From NCBI GenBank assembly GCA_009692265.1, contig SHZM01000009.1:1-64000 (forward strand): 64,000 nt of DNA, read 5' to 3'. How positions within the stretch are numbered: position 1 is the first letter of the stretch; every line of letters begins with the position of its first letter. Shown piece by piece: positions 50,310-60,700 of the stretch. The notes under the pieces were generated by a model. It ran no database searches, was not told where the DNA came from, and saw only the letters and a program-made list of their open reading frames with translations. A program made the position numbers and the translations under genes. This DNA comes from Gammaproteobacteria bacterium (GTDB lineage: Bacteria; Pseudomonadota; Gammaproteobacteria; Ga0077536).

Positions 50310-51530
50310 CTATACCGCGTCTTCGTGCAGTACGTTTGCCGTGCGCAGCGCTGCGATTTCGTCAGCGGATTGACCGAGCCATTCGCGTAGGATTTCGGCA
50401 TTGTGCTGGCCAAGGGTTGGGGCTTCTAACGGCAGATCTTCTGGGAATTCGGAGAACTTTAGCGGCATTCCAGGGATCTGAAATCGACCGGCGATGCGAT
50501 CCTCGATGGTCCGCACCGTCCCACGCGCGACCAAATGCGGGTGGGTCAGGGTTTCCTCGATGGATAGCACGGGGGCCGCAGGTACTTGATGTTGCTGCAT
50601 CATTTTCACTGCGCTGTCGCGATCGGGGAAGGTCGCGAGCCAGTCTTCGAGCAAGGTGACCACCTCAGGGCGGTTGGCGAGGCGACCGGCATCACTGCCG
50701 AACTTGGGATCGTCGACTAATTCGGGGCGATTCATTGCGGCACACAGATCTTTCCAGTGGTGCAAAAACGCCATGATCACGACCCAGCCGTTATTCGCCT
50801 TGAAGACCCCGGCCGGGCACAGATAGTTCAAGTGCGGGCCTTGCCGGCTCGGTTTCAACTTGCCATCGCTGCCACTCCCTTGATGCACCGTTACCTCGTT
50901 ACAGTGGTAGTAGACATCTAACAGGCCGATATCGAGATGTTGACCGCGGCCGGTGCGATCGCGGTGGCGCAGAGCCGCAAGCACCGCGAGTGCGCCATGC
51001 ACGCCGGTGCTGACATCACCAATCCCAACCGGCGGTATATAAGGTGTCCCGCCCGCGTCGCCGATCATCGAAGTCACCCCGGAATAACCCTGGGCGATGA
51101 AGTCGTAGCCGGGCAACGTCGCCAGAGGACCTGCCTGTCCCATCGCCGAGATCGAGCACAGGATGATGTCTTCACGCATTTCGCGCAGACGTTCGTAACC
51201 CAGCCCCATCGCGGCCAGCGTGCCGGGCTTGAAATTTTCGACCACCACGTCGACTTTTGGGACCAGCGCCGCGATCAGCGCCATGCCACGCGGATCACGC
51301 AGATCCACGCACAGACTTTTCTTGCCTAGGCTTTGTTGAACGTAATAGAGGCTGCGCTCGTTGCGGATCTTCGAGATACGGCGCGTGAGGTCGCCGTTTG
51401 GCGATGACTCGACTTTAATCACCTCGGCTCCCAGTTCGGCAAACATCCGGGTGCACGTCGGGCCGGCGAGCGCGCGCGTGAAATCGAGTACTCGTAGTCC
51501 CGTTAAGACATGTTCCATCGGTTCGGGCAT
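50310..51530 (-). CDS. family III CoA-transferase (CaiB/BaiF/Frc)
   Basis: N-terminal LRVLDFTRALAGPTCTRMFAELGAEVIKVE and the catalytic Asp region; 406 aa. Confidence 0.85.
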   Translation of the reverse strand: MPEPMEHVLTGLRVLDFTRALAGPTCTRMFAELGAEVIKVESSPNGDLTRRISKIRNERSLYYVQQSLGKKSLCVDLRDPRGMALIAALVPKVDVVVENFKPGTLAAMGLGYERLREMREDIILCSISAMGQAGPLATLPGYDFIAQGYSGVTSMIGDAGGTPYIPPVGIGDVSTGVHGALAVLAALRHRDRTGRGQHLDIGLLDVYYHCNEVTVHQGSGSDGKLKPSRQGPHLNYLCPAGVFKANNGWVVIMAFLHHWKDLCAAMNRPELVDDPKFGSDAGRLANRPEVVTLLEDWLATFPDRDSAVKMMQQHQVPAAPVLSIEETLTHPHLVARGTVRTIEDRIAGRFQIPGMPLKFSEFPEDLPLEAPTLGQHNAEILREWLGQSADEIAALRTANVLHEDAV

Positions 51531-51723
51531 TGCAGGCTCCTCTTTAAAGAAGTAAGTGAGATTGCGATGCGAACGTATTTGCTATCACCGCCTGAAGGTA
51601 TTGTCATTCTGGTGCAATCCGGAATCCAGCGGCCGAATATCTGCGAGCAACGCGTCCCCGATGGGGTTCCACTCCAACGCAACTCCCGCGATACTGGCAC
51701 CGTTCACTCAACGCAGGTGTGTG

Positions 51724-54411
51724 ATGGCAGCAGAAGGTAACGGCGCGCAGCATTCCACTCTTATCGCCCGTGTCGACGCGGATCCGTCCGAGACCCAGGA
51801 ATGGCTGGAGTCACTCGATGCCGTGCTGAGCGATGCGGGGCCGGAGCGCGCGCAATTCCTGATGCACCAACTCGAAGAGCGCATGCGCGAGGTCGCCGTG
51901 AAGGCGCCCGTGCAGCCTTATTCGGCGTATCGAAATAGCATTGCCCTCGATCTACAAGGCCCATACCCCGGCGATCTCGAACTCGAGGAACGGATCACCT
52001 CGATAATCCGTTGGAACGCGTTGGCGATGGTGGTGCGCGCGAACCAAGCCCATGGTGATTTGGGCGGACATATCGCGAGTTATGCGTCCGCCGCGGAAAT
52101 CTTTGAGATTGGTTTCAATCACTTCTTTCGCGCGGCCGATGCGACTACCGAAGGTGACCTGGTCTATTTTCAGCCGCATTCCGCGCCCGGAGTCTATGCC
52201 CGCGCGTTTCTCGAAGGGCGGTTGACCGAAACACAACTTGCAAACTACCGCCAGGAAGTGGGCGGCCTCGGGTTGTGCTCGTATCCACATCCGTGGTTGA
52301 TGCCTGACTTCTGGCAATTCCCGACCGGCTCCATGGGAATCGGTCCGCTCAACGCGATCTACCAGGCACGCTTCCTGCGCTATCTGCGCGACCGGGGCCT
52401 CGCCGAGACCGACGCAAGGCACGTGTGGGGCGTGTTTGGCGATGGTGAAATGGACGAGCCGGAATCGATCGCGGGGTTAACGCTCGCGGCGCGCGAGCAT
52501 CTTGATAACCTGACCTTCATTATCAACTGCAATCTACAGCGCCTCGATGGGCCAGTGCGTGGCAACGGGCAGATCATTCAAGAACTCGAAGCATTATTCG
52601 CGGGCGCTGGTTGGAACGTGATTAAGGTGTTGTGGGGATCGGATTGGGATGCGTTATTTCAACGCGACATTCACCACACCTTGCTACGGATTTTCGCTGA
52701 GACGCCGGACGGCGAGTACCAAACGCTCGGTGCCAAGGACGGTAGTTACAACCTCGCGAATTTCTTTCAGCAGGATCCTGAATTGGCGAAGCTGGTTGCG
52801 CACATGTCGGAAGCCGAAATCGACGCACTGCGTCGCGGTGGTCATGATTTTCGCAAGCTTTACGCCGCCTTATCAGCAGCCAAAGCCCACCGTGGACAGC
52901 CAACCGTTATTCTCGCTAAAACCAAAAAGGGTTATGGCATGGGAGGTGTGGCCGAGTCCCGTATGACAGCGCATCAGGCCAAAAAACTTGATATCGAGGA
53001 TCTGCAAGCGATCCGTGATCGTTTCCATCTACCGTTGAGCGATGCCGCGGTCGCGGCGGTTCAGTTTTACAAGCCTGCGTCCGACAGCCGCGAGCTGCGC
53101 TATTTGAATTCACGGCGCGAGGCGCTTGGCGGGTACTTGCCGCGACGACGACGCGACCCACAACCGTTGCCGATCCCGCCACTCTCGGCGTACGCCAATT
53201 TTGCGCTCGAAGCTGACGGGAAAGAGATGTCCACCACGATGGCGTTCGTGCGGCTGATCGGCAATTTGTTGCGCGATAAAGTGCTAGGGCCGCGCCTGGT
53301 ACCGATCGTGGCCGATGAGGCCCGCACCTTCGGCATGGCCAATCTGTTTCGCCAAATCGGCATTTATTCGTCGGTCGGTCAAACCTACGAGCCCGAAGAT
53401 GCAGGCTCAATGTTGTACTACCGCGAGATTAAGGACGGGCAGTTGCTCGAAGAAGGAATCACTGAAGCCGGGGCGTTGTCATCGTGGATCGCGGCGGCAA
53501 CGTCGTACAGCGTGAACGGCCTGCCGATGATGCCGTTCTACATTTACTACTCCATGTTCGGCTTTCAGCGGGTCGGCGATTTAATCTGGGCTGCGGCAGA
53601 TCAACGCGCGCGCGGATTCTTGCTTGGCGCGACCGCCGGTCGCACCACTTTGGGCGGCGAAGGTTTGCAACATCAGGACGGTTCGAGTCATCTGATCGCG
53701 AGCACCCTGCCGAATTGTCGGGCCTACGATCCGGCGTTCGCGTATGAACTCGCGATCATTCTCGATCACGGCATGCGCCGCATGCTCGAAGAGTCCTGCG
53801 ATGAGTTCTACTACGTCACGGTGATGAACGAGAACTATGCACAGCCGTCGCAGCCAGTGGCGAGCGCGCACGGCATTGTTCGCGGGATGTATCGCTTGGC
53901 GACTCATGGCGATGGGGTCCCTCGCGTTCGATTATTGGGATCCGGCGCGATCCTGCGCGAAGTCATTGCCGCGGCCGAGCTGTTGGAGCGGGACTGGCAG
54001 ATCGCAAGCGAAGTGTGGAGCGCGACGAGTTTCGCCGAACTCGCGCGTGACGCCCGCGAGACCGCGCGTTGGAATCGCCTGCACCCCACGCAAACGCAAC
54101 GGATCAGCTATGTACAGAACTGTCTCTCCGGAGCCGCGCCAATCATCGCCGCGACTGATTACGTTGCCGCCTATCCACAGTTGATCGCGCCATATCTCAC
54201 TGCGTCGTTCGCGGCACTCGGCACAGACGGCTTCGGGCGCAGCGATACGCGGAGTGCGTTGCGCACGTTCTTTGAAGTGGATCGGCATCAAATCGTGATC
54301 GCTGCGTTGCAGGCCTTGCGCGCGAATGGCGAGACTTCTTCGGAAACCGTATCTGCGGCGATTACCCGTTATGGCATTGACGCCGAACGTGGCGCACCAT
54401 GGCTAAGTTAA
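51724..54411 (+). CDS. aceE: homodimeric-type 2-oxoacid dehydrogenase E1 component (AceE-like, ThDP-dependent)
   Basis: About 895 aa from the ATG at 51724, with AceE-type N-terminal, ThDP-binding (GDGEMDE) and transketolase-like domains. No E2 or E3 gene is adjacent. Confidence 0.8.
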   Translation: MAAEGNGAQHSTLIARVDADPSETQEWLESLDAVLSDAGPERAQFLMHQLEERMREVAVKAPVQPYSAYRNSIALDLQGPYPGDLELEERITSIIRWNALAMVVRANQAHGDLGGHIASYASAAEIFEIGFNHFFRAADATTEGDLVYFQPHSAPGVYARAFLEGRLTETQLANYRQEVGGLGLCSYPHPWLMPDFWQFPTGSMGIGPLNAIYQARFLRYLRDRGLAETDARHVWGVFGDGEMDEPESIAGLTLAAREHLDNLTFIINCNLQRLDGPVRGNGQIIQELEALFAGAGWNVIKVLWGSDWDALFQRDIHHTLLRIFAETPDGEYQTLGAKDGSYNLANFFQQDPELAKLVAHMSEAEIDALRRGGHDFRKLYAALSAAKAHRGQPTVILAKTKKGYGMGGVAESRMTAHQAKKLDIEDLQAIRDRFHLPLSDAAVAAVQFYKPASDSRELRYLNSRREALGGYLPRRRRDPQPLPIPPLSAYANFALEADGKEMSTTMAFVRLIGNLLRDKVLGPRLVPIVADEARTFGMANLFRQIGIYSSVGQTYEPEDAGSMLYYREIKDGQLLEEGITEAGALSSWIAAATSYSVNGLPMMPFYIYYSMFGFQRVGDLIWAAADQRARGFLLGATAGRTTLGGEGLQHQDGSSHLIASTLPNCRAYDPAFAYELAIILDHGMRRMLEESCDEFYYVTVMNENYAQPSQPVASAHGIVRGMYRLATHGDGVPRVRLLGSGAILREVIAAAELLERDWQIASEVWSATSFAELARDARETARWNRLHPTQTQRISYVQNCLSGAAPIIAATDYVAAYPQLIAPYLTASFAALGTDGFGRSDTRSALRTFFEVDRHQIVIAALQALRANGETSSETVSAAITRYGIDAERGAPWLS

Positions 54412-54480
54412 GCAGCTCGATTTTTATCGCGCGCTCATGGTGGAAGGGGCGCGCAATGACAACATCCTACGGAGCGTAAC

Positions 54481-55680
54481 ATGATCCTCGAAGGCATTCG
54501 CGTACTCGACTTCACGCAGTATCTCGCCGGTCCGACCGTGACTCGTTTGATGGCCGAGATGGGAGCCGAAATTATCAAGATCGAGCATGCACCCAACGGC
54601 GATCCCGCGCGGACTCTGCCCTTTATCAAGGACGGCCGCAGCGGTTACTTCGTCCAGCAGAATCGCGGCAAACGCAGCGTGTGTCTGGATCTGTCCAAGC
54701 CTGAATCAAAAGAAATCTTGTTTGATCTCGTTGGCAAAGTAGATGTGATGGTCGAGAACTACGGCCCTGGGGTCATGGAACGACGTGGCTTGGACTATCC
54801 CTCGGCAAAGAAGCTGAATCCACGCTTAGTCATGGCTTCGATCTCGGCGTTCGGTCGAGTGAGCCCACTCTCCCACCGCACTGGTTACGACTGGATCGCA
54901 CAGGCTTATGCCGGCTTCATGCACGTGACGGGTCCAAAAGGCGGGAAGCCGCATCCCGTCGGCGTGGGCATGGCCGATGTCAGTTCCGGGGTGCATGCGT
55001 TCTCGGCGATCGGCTATGCATTGTTTCATCGCGAGCGCACCGGGCGTGGACAATATCTGGATATCTCGATGGTCGATGCGCTGTTTCACATGCACGAGGT
55101 CAACGTGCAGTCGATCTCACTCGGCAATGGCTGGAAGCCGGATCGTGTCGGCTCGAATCACGAGTTGGTCGCACCGATCGGCGTCTTCAAAGGCCCGGAA
55201 GGCTACATCGTGATCATGGCCCTGCAGTTGCAATGGCCGAACCTGTGCAAGGCGATGATGCGGCCAGATCTGGAACAGGACCCACGCTTCTCGCAGCCCG
55301 GTCCACGGGCAAAAAATCAAGAAGAATTGAATCCGCAAATCGAAGCGTGGCTCGCGAGTTTTGCCAGCGACAACGCAGCAATCGCGTGCCTGGAAGAACA
55401 CCGCGTGCCGTGCGCGCCGGTAATCAGTCCCGCGGACGCCCCGAAACACGAATACTTTGAGAAGCGCGGGACGTTGCGCACGGTTAAAGATCCCATTTTG
55501 GGCGATTTCGTGATCCCGGGGTTCCCGCTGCGCTTCTCGGAGCAGCCAGAATTCCCGGAACTCACCGCACCGTTACTCGGGCAACATAACGAACAAGTGC
55601 TCGGTGAACTGTTGGGGTATTCCGCTGCCCGGATCAGCGCATTGAAAAGGGACGGAGTGATGATTGAAGGGGATCGATGA
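54481..55680 (+). CDS. family III CoA-transferase (CaiB/BaiF/Frc), second copy
   Basis: MILEGIRVLDFTQYLAGPTVTRLMAEMGAEIIKIE; 399 aa. Confidence 0.85.
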   Translation: MILEGIRVLDFTQYLAGPTVTRLMAEMGAEIIKIEHAPNGDPARTLPFIKDGRSGYFVQQNRGKRSVCLDLSKPESKEILFDLVGKVDVMVENYGPGVMERRGLDYPSAKKLNPRLVMASISAFGRVSPLSHRTGYDWIAQAYAGFMHVTGPKGGKPHPVGVGMADVSSGVHAFSAIGYALFHRERTGRGQYLDISMVDALFHMHEVNVQSISLGNGWKPDRVGSNHELVAPIGVFKGPEGYIVIMALQLQWPNLCKAMMRPDLEQDPRFSQPGPRAKNQEELNPQIEAWLASFASDNAAIACLEEHRVPCAPVISPADAPKHEYFEKRGTLRTVKDPILGDFVIPGFPLRFSEQPEFPELTAPLLGQHNEQVLGELLGYSAARISALKRDGVMIEGDR

Positions 55681-55805
55681 CTGCACACAGCAACGTGGCA
55701 GGTGGGCAAGTTGGCGAGATTTTGCGTACTGCGCGCGTACGACGAAGGTTATTGCTCGTCTAGCGATACTCGCGAGATCGCTGCCCCATTTTTAGTCTCG
55801 GCAAG

Positions 55806-56204
55806 TCAACGGCGAAGCTGCTTTCGCCATCTCGACCGACCGATACCCGCTACACCAAGACTAACAAGCGCAAGTGTTGCCGGCTCCGGTATTTGTTGCG
55901 AACGCACACCTTCAATGATGTACGCCTGGGCCCCCTGACCTGAACCTTGCCAAAACCACATCGCGTCGGCCAGATTGCTACCGTTACCTTCATTAAAATT
56001 ATTGATAATGTCCAGCGTAGTTGGCGCACTCAATGCAGCGGACGATGCAGCATTTGAGTCTGCAAAGTTTAATTGCGCGGCACACCGGCCAGCGCTGACG
56101 AGTGCGCAGGTCAAGCAGCTGGACGCGGACAAACTGGGTGGTTTGTTGGTCTGCGCCGGTGTTATCGCCGCCTCACTGTGAATAATCAGTTCTACGCCGC
56201 CCAT
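55806..56204 (-). CDS. PEP-CTERM sorting-domain protein
   Basis: C-terminus IPEPATLALVSLGVAGIGRSRWRKQLRR is a PEP motif plus transmembrane helix plus basic tail. The N-terminal signal peptide is not obvious. Confidence 0.5.
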   Translation of the reverse strand: MGGVELIIHSEAAITPAQTNKPPSLSASSCLTCALVSAGRCAAQLNFADSNAASSAALSAPTTLDIINNFNEGNGSNLADAMWFWQGSGQGAQAYIIEGVRSQQIPEPATLALVSLGVAGIGRSRWRKQLRR

Positions 56205-56253
56205 GCGACTGGTTGGGCGCTAGAAACTTCGATCTAAACTTTGGAGAGATGCG

Positions 56254-56658
56254 ATGACCGCAAGCGCCCTCGAAGCAACCTTCGCGCGATGGAAGAACGC
56301 CCTCGGTGCAGCTGACCTGGCTACTTTCTACGCGCTGATGGACGATGCCATGGTGATCTTCGACGAGGACATCCCCTGGCGGTTCAGCAAAACGGACTTC
56401 GTTGATCACATCGCGTTTCACATCCCGATGTGGGAATCGTTTCAGTGGGTGCCTCGTGAATTGCGATTTCAGATCTACGGCACCACGGGGATCGTATCCG
56501 GCTATGCCACCTTCCGCGGCAAGCCGAAGGATGCAGGCTTTCGCCAGCGCTTTATGGCATTCACCCAGACCTGGGTGAATGCCAATGACAACTGGCGTCT
56601 CGTGTGCTGGCATCAAGGGCCGCTGCACGGCCAGATCGACGGTGCATCGCCGAGTTGA
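56254..56658 (+). CDS. NTF2-like (SnoaL/DUF4440) protein
   Basis: 134-aa alpha+beta cone-fold signature. Confidence 0.5.
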   Translation: MTASALEATFARWKNALGAADLATFYALMDDAMVIFDEDIPWRFSKTDFVDHIAFHIPMWESFQWVPRELRFQIYGTTGIVSGYATFRGKPKDAGFRQRFMAFTQTWVNANDNWRLVCWHQGPLHGQIDGASPS

Positions 56659-56861
56659 AAACCTTATCCGGGATCGGGCAAGGGGGGCGAGCCTGAGCGG
56701 CCTCACGCAATGGTCCATCAATTTCCACATCGAAATATGGGGCCGCGTTCCCCGCTCCAGCGCCTAGACTAGAGACCCGAGAGAGGCCGGAGGTGGTCGA
56801 TAATCGACGCCTATCGCAGCGATTGGAAATCGTTGCAAACGGTGCGCAGTTCCCTCTGTCG

Positions 56862-57365
56862 CTATTTGCGAATGTATTTCTGGGCCATTTCAAAATAACC
56901 CTTAAAGTACTCGCCGATCTTGCCCGATGTGGCCACTGCGATAGCCGCATCGGGCAGGTGAACGCGGCGAACCTCGAAGCGCCATCTTCCATCCACCCGA
57001 ACGTAATCGTCTTCGTACCAGCCGTGTAGGTTGTTGTAGATGGCTTCGTCTCGCAGCATGAATTCATTCAATTCGCATTTCCCGGTGGCGTGATCGCCAT
57101 TTAAATCGATCACGAAATTACTCATCACGTGATGAAGTCCGGGTACAGTTCGATGGAGAGCGGCGGCGAACTCTTCCAGCGCCGCATGGCCAGCGACGAC
57201 TAGGGAGATTTCAGGGATCTCGAATCTTCCGTTTGGGACGAACAGCGCCGACCATTCCTCGGGGTTTCGCGTCGCGTAATCAATGGCGAACGCATACCGT
57301 GCGAGCAGGTCCTGAATCATCACGCGGTCGGCGATCTCAAGCAGGTAGTTTTGGTCGAGTGTCAT
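56862..57365 (-). CDS. NTF2-like (SnoaL_4) protein
   Basis: MTLDQNYLLEIADRVMIQDLLARYAFAID is a typical SnoaL-like N-terminus. GGAGAAATT ribosome-binding site precedes the ATG at 57365. Confidence 0.55.
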   Translation of the reverse strand: MTLDQNYLLEIADRVMIQDLLARYAFAIDYATRNPEEWSALFVPNGRFEIPEISLVVAGHAALEEFAAALHRTVPGLHHVMSNFVIDLNGDHATGKCELNEFMLRDEAIYNNLHGWYEDDYVRVDGRWRFEVRRVHLPDAAIAVATSGKIGEYFKGYFEMAQKYIRK

Positions 57366-57866
57366 GACAATTTCTCCTGTTTCATTTGTGGCCGCAGCCG
57401 CCCGTAGGATTAAGTCAGAGAATCCGCGAACAACCAAATGACCTAACCTTTTAAGCGAAATTGAAGCTATCAAGGATGGCGTCTCGACGCCATCGGCATC
57501 CAGTTGATTCGTGCCATTTCTCCTCCGGTGGGACTACATCTCGCTTCGGTAATCTTAGGCCAGCGAAAGACGGCGGAGACATCATTGCGGATGCGTGACG
57601 TGGCCACGGGAATGCTATGCTCGAACAGCATAGCCGCCAGAAAACATGAGGAGGAAACGGCGCACGATTTCACCCGCCTCTCCCACTGCCGATCCCGTGC
57701 GCGCCCGCCAGGATTTAGACGCCTGTGGTGTCGCCCTCCTGAAGGACGTGCTGGCACCGGCCGAGACTGCCCGTATGCGGCGTTGCCTCTTCGGCACCAT
57801 CGCACCCGAACGGCGGATACTTCCCAACCTGATAGGACTACGACAGATGTAAGGTGCCCCGTCGTC

Positions 57867-58664
57867 TCAACACCCCCGATACACCGGCGACCGCTTTTCC
57901 ATGAACGCACGCGGCCCTTCGATCGCGTCTTCGGTGACGAACACAGGGCCCGAGATCTCGCGCTCGATGGCGAGCGCTTCTTGTTCTGGCTTGCCCAGGC
58001 ATGCGCGCGCCGAGCGCCGGATCGCCTTGACCGCGAGCGGTCCGTTGGCGGCGATCTTGTGTGCGATCTCAAGCGCCTTGGCGAGCGGATCTGCCACCAC
58101 GTAATTCAGAAATCCGAGTTGCAACGCTTCGTCCGCGGTGATCAGATCCCCGGTTAACAGCAATTCCATCGCCTTCGCGTAGGGTAGCTGTACCAGCAGG
58201 CGTACGCTTGATCCGCCGGCCGGGAACAACGCCCATTTAACTTCTTGTACCCCGAACTTGGCGGCTGGAACCGCGACGCGGATATCAGTGCCCTGCACGA
58301 TTTCCATGCCGCCCGCGATCGCGTGGCCGTTGATGGCGGCGATGATTGGTTTTTCGGTATCAAAGTCACGCAGCAGCGCACGGCCGATGAGGGCGCGATC
58401 TTGCATTACCCGCTCATCCCATTCGTTCTGTGGTTTGCGCGCACCGGAAATCAGCGGGATCAGTTGACCGAGATCAGCGCCCGCGCAGAAGGCGCTGCCG
58501 GTGCCTGTGAGGATCCCGACACGTACTTCTGAGGTGTCGCGAATCGCCGTCCAGGCATCGGCTAGACGCACTGCTACTTCTGGATTGACCGCGTTGCGCG
58601 CCTCGGCACGGTTTAGAGTGACGATCGCGATATGTCCATTGACTTCGTAGTTCACTAGCGCCAT
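57867..58664 (-). CDS. enoyl-CoA hydratase/isomerase (crotonase family)
   Basis: Oxyanion-hole region AFCAGADLG and MALVNYEVNGHIAIVTLNRAEARNA. Confidence 0.85.
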   Translation of the reverse strand: MALVNYEVNGHIAIVTLNRAEARNAVNPEVAVRLADAWTAIRDTSEVRVGILTGTGSAFCAGADLGQLIPLISGARKPQNEWDERVMQDRALIGRALLRDFDTEKPIIAAINGHAIAGGMEIVQGTDIRVAVPAAKFGVQEVKWALFPAGGSSVRLLVQLPYAKAMELLLTGDLITADEALQLGFLNYVVADPLAKALEIAHKIAANGPLAVKAIRRSARACLGKPEQEALAIEREISGPVFVTEDAIEGPRAFMEKRSPVYRGC

Positions 58665-58797
58665 GGCAGAACCTCCCAGTGTTTGGACGGAGCTTAGCCG
58701 GGTCACCGCGTAACCGAAAGGACTAACCGAGCCCTCTATGCGTCGTTGTGGTTCGCGCTTATCCTCCTTCACCCACCCCTCACCCAAAGGAACCACC

Positions 58798-59451
58798 ATG
58801 GACGTTTACGATGCGATGCAAACTTTGAATGCGTGCCGCTATTACAAACCAGATCCAGTGTCCGACGCCCTGGTTGCCAAAGTGCTTAACGCGGCACGCT
58901 GGGCTGCCACCGGCAGCAATAACCAACCGGTCACCTATGTTGTCGTGCGGGATGCGGCAAAGCGCCGCGCGATCCATGACTGTTATCAGCCGATCTGGGA
59001 CACGGTGATCAAGAAATATGCGAGCGGCGAAATTAAATCGGGCTTCTCGTCGAGCTTTCTCCAGAATGTTGATCACTTCGCCCGGCATTTCGCGGAGATA
59101 CCAGTACACATCGTGGTGTGTGCACGCTGGAAAGACCTCACGGCGTTGGATGCGAGCCTCGATCGCACAGTGCTAACGCCGGGCTCGTCGATCTATCCCG
59201 CAGTCCAGAATCTCATGCTCGCGGCGCGCACTGAAGGCTTGGGCACCGTGCTCACGACTCTGCTGGTCCTGGCCGAAAAGGACATCAAGAAGCTGCTGAA
59301 TATTCCCGACGAATTAGCGACCGCGGCGGTGATCACCTTGGGTTGGCCGGAGAAACCCTTCCCGGAAAAATTGAAGCGTAAGCCCTTGAGTGAGATCGCG
59401 TTTCTCGATTCGTATGGTGCGGCACTGCCAAGCGCGGGACCACCTAGTTAG
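58798..59451 (+). CDS. nitroreductase-family protein
   Basis: RYYKPD, SNNQP and GLGTV nitroreductase-fold motifs. AAAGG ribosome-binding site precedes the ATG at 58798. Confidence 0.75.
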   Translation: MDVYDAMQTLNACRYYKPDPVSDALVAKVLNAARWAATGSNNQPVTYVVVRDAAKRRAIHDCYQPIWDTVIKKYASGEIKSGFSSSFLQNVDHFARHFAEIPVHIVVCARWKDLTALDASLDRTVLTPGSSIYPAVQNLMLAARTEGLGTVLTTLLVLAEKDIKKLLNIPDELATAAVITLGWPEKPFPEKLKRKPLSEIAFLDSYGAALPSAGPPS

Positions 59452-59458
59452 AGCACAT

Positions 59459-60637
59459 TCATCCGAATTCGGCTTCCGCATCAAAGCCGTACAACCAAGT
59501 GCTGGCTAGCAACGGATTCGTGCCCGCGACGGCGGCGAGCTCGGCGTCGCGTTGACGTTGCGCCTCGCCGTCGGGCAGATGAAAGGTGTGGGCGTTTTCG
59601 CGCGCGCGGGCTTGTACCTGCGACACCCGCGGCCTGCGGATTGTCTCATACCGCACCAGGGCTTCTGGGATCGATGAGTGATGAGCGTGTTCCAAACATT
59701 TTGCCAACACGAACGCATCTTCAACGCTTTGCACCGCGCCCTGCGCCATGAATGGCAGCATCGCGTGCGCGGCGTCACCTAGTAGGCTCACGCGGCCCAG
59801 GCTCCAGTGGGCGAGGGGTTCGCGATCATAAAGTGCCCAACGCCCGGTCACCTCGACCGCACGGATGATTGACTGAATTTCCGGATGCCAATCCGCAAAC
59901 TCGGCCAGGCATTCCGCGACTGGGGCCTGCGCTGACCACGATTCGACATGCTTATGCGCGGCCGGTGCGATACCGACGAAATTCACGTAGCGAGCGGCGG
60001 CCACGTAGTACTGCATGAAGTGTCGCTGTGGCCCGAGCCACCCGTTCATATTATGGCTGGTACCGAGTTGGGGGAGACGCTCCGCTGGTACCAGACCACG
60101 GTAGGCGACGGTGCCCGAGTAGCGTGGAGACTCAGCACCGAACAGCACTTCGCGCACACTCGAATGAAGGCCATCCGCCCCGATGAGCAGATCCGCGGTT
60201 GTCGACACGCCATGCGCAAAGCGCACCTCGACCGAGTCTTCGCGCGGGAAGACATCGATAACCTGATGTCCGAGCCGCACGACATCGGCCGGCAGCGCCT
60301 CGGCAAGGAGAGCAAGCAAGTCCGGTCGATACAGGTGGTAGTAGGGCGCGCCGAAACTGGACTCGCAGAGATTGGCCAGCGTTTGGCTCGAGAGTACCGC
60401 GCCATCCTGCCAGCGGCGCATCACCATCGCACCCGGTCGCACCGCGCGGCGCGCCAGAGCGGGACCCAAGCCCACTCGTTGCAGCAGTCTGCTGCCATTC
60501 GGGCTGATTTGAATGCCCGCACCGACTTCGCGCAACGCCGAGGTTTGCTCGAACACTTGGACATCATAGCCGGCCCGGCGCAAGGTCAGCGCGGCGGTCA
60601 GTCCGCCGATACCGGCGCCGATGATGATGGCTCGCAT
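59459..60637 (-). CDS. FAD-dependent monooxygenase (salicylate/3-hydroxybenzoate hydroxylase-like)
   Basis: MRAIIIGAGIGGLTAAL dinucleotide-binding motif and the GDAAH motif (LGDAAHAMLPFMAQG). Confidence 0.8.
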   Translation of the reverse strand: MRAIIIGAGIGGLTAALTLRRAGYDVQVFEQTSALREVGAGIQISPNGSRLLQRVGLGPALARRAVRPGAMVMRRWQDGAVLSSQTLANLCESSFGAPYYHLYRPDLLALLAEALPADVVRLGHQVIDVFPREDSVEVRFAHGVSTTADLLIGADGLHSSVREVLFGAESPRYSGTVAYRGLVPAERLPQLGTSHNMNGWLGPQRHFMQYYVAAARYVNFVGIAPAAHKHVESWSAQAPVAECLAEFADWHPEIQSIIRAVEVTGRWALYDREPLAHWSLGRVSLLGDAAHAMLPFMAQGAVQSVEDAFVLAKCLEHAHHSSIPEALVRYETIRRPRVSQVQARARENAHTFHLPDGEAQRQRDAELAAVAGTNPLLASTWLYGFDAEAEFG

Positions 60638-60700
60638 GAGGATCTCCGGACGGTTTCTGGCTCGATTATCGCCGGCAAGCTCCACGAGGCGCCAGTGCTA

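Noticed and set aside
57470-58160. ORFs 57470..58072 (-) and 57504..58157 (+) of about 200 aa
   Set aside because: They overlap each other and the 3' part of the crotonase gene, have Arg/Ser/Pro-rich low-complexity translations and lack any RBS. They are non-coding or antisense.
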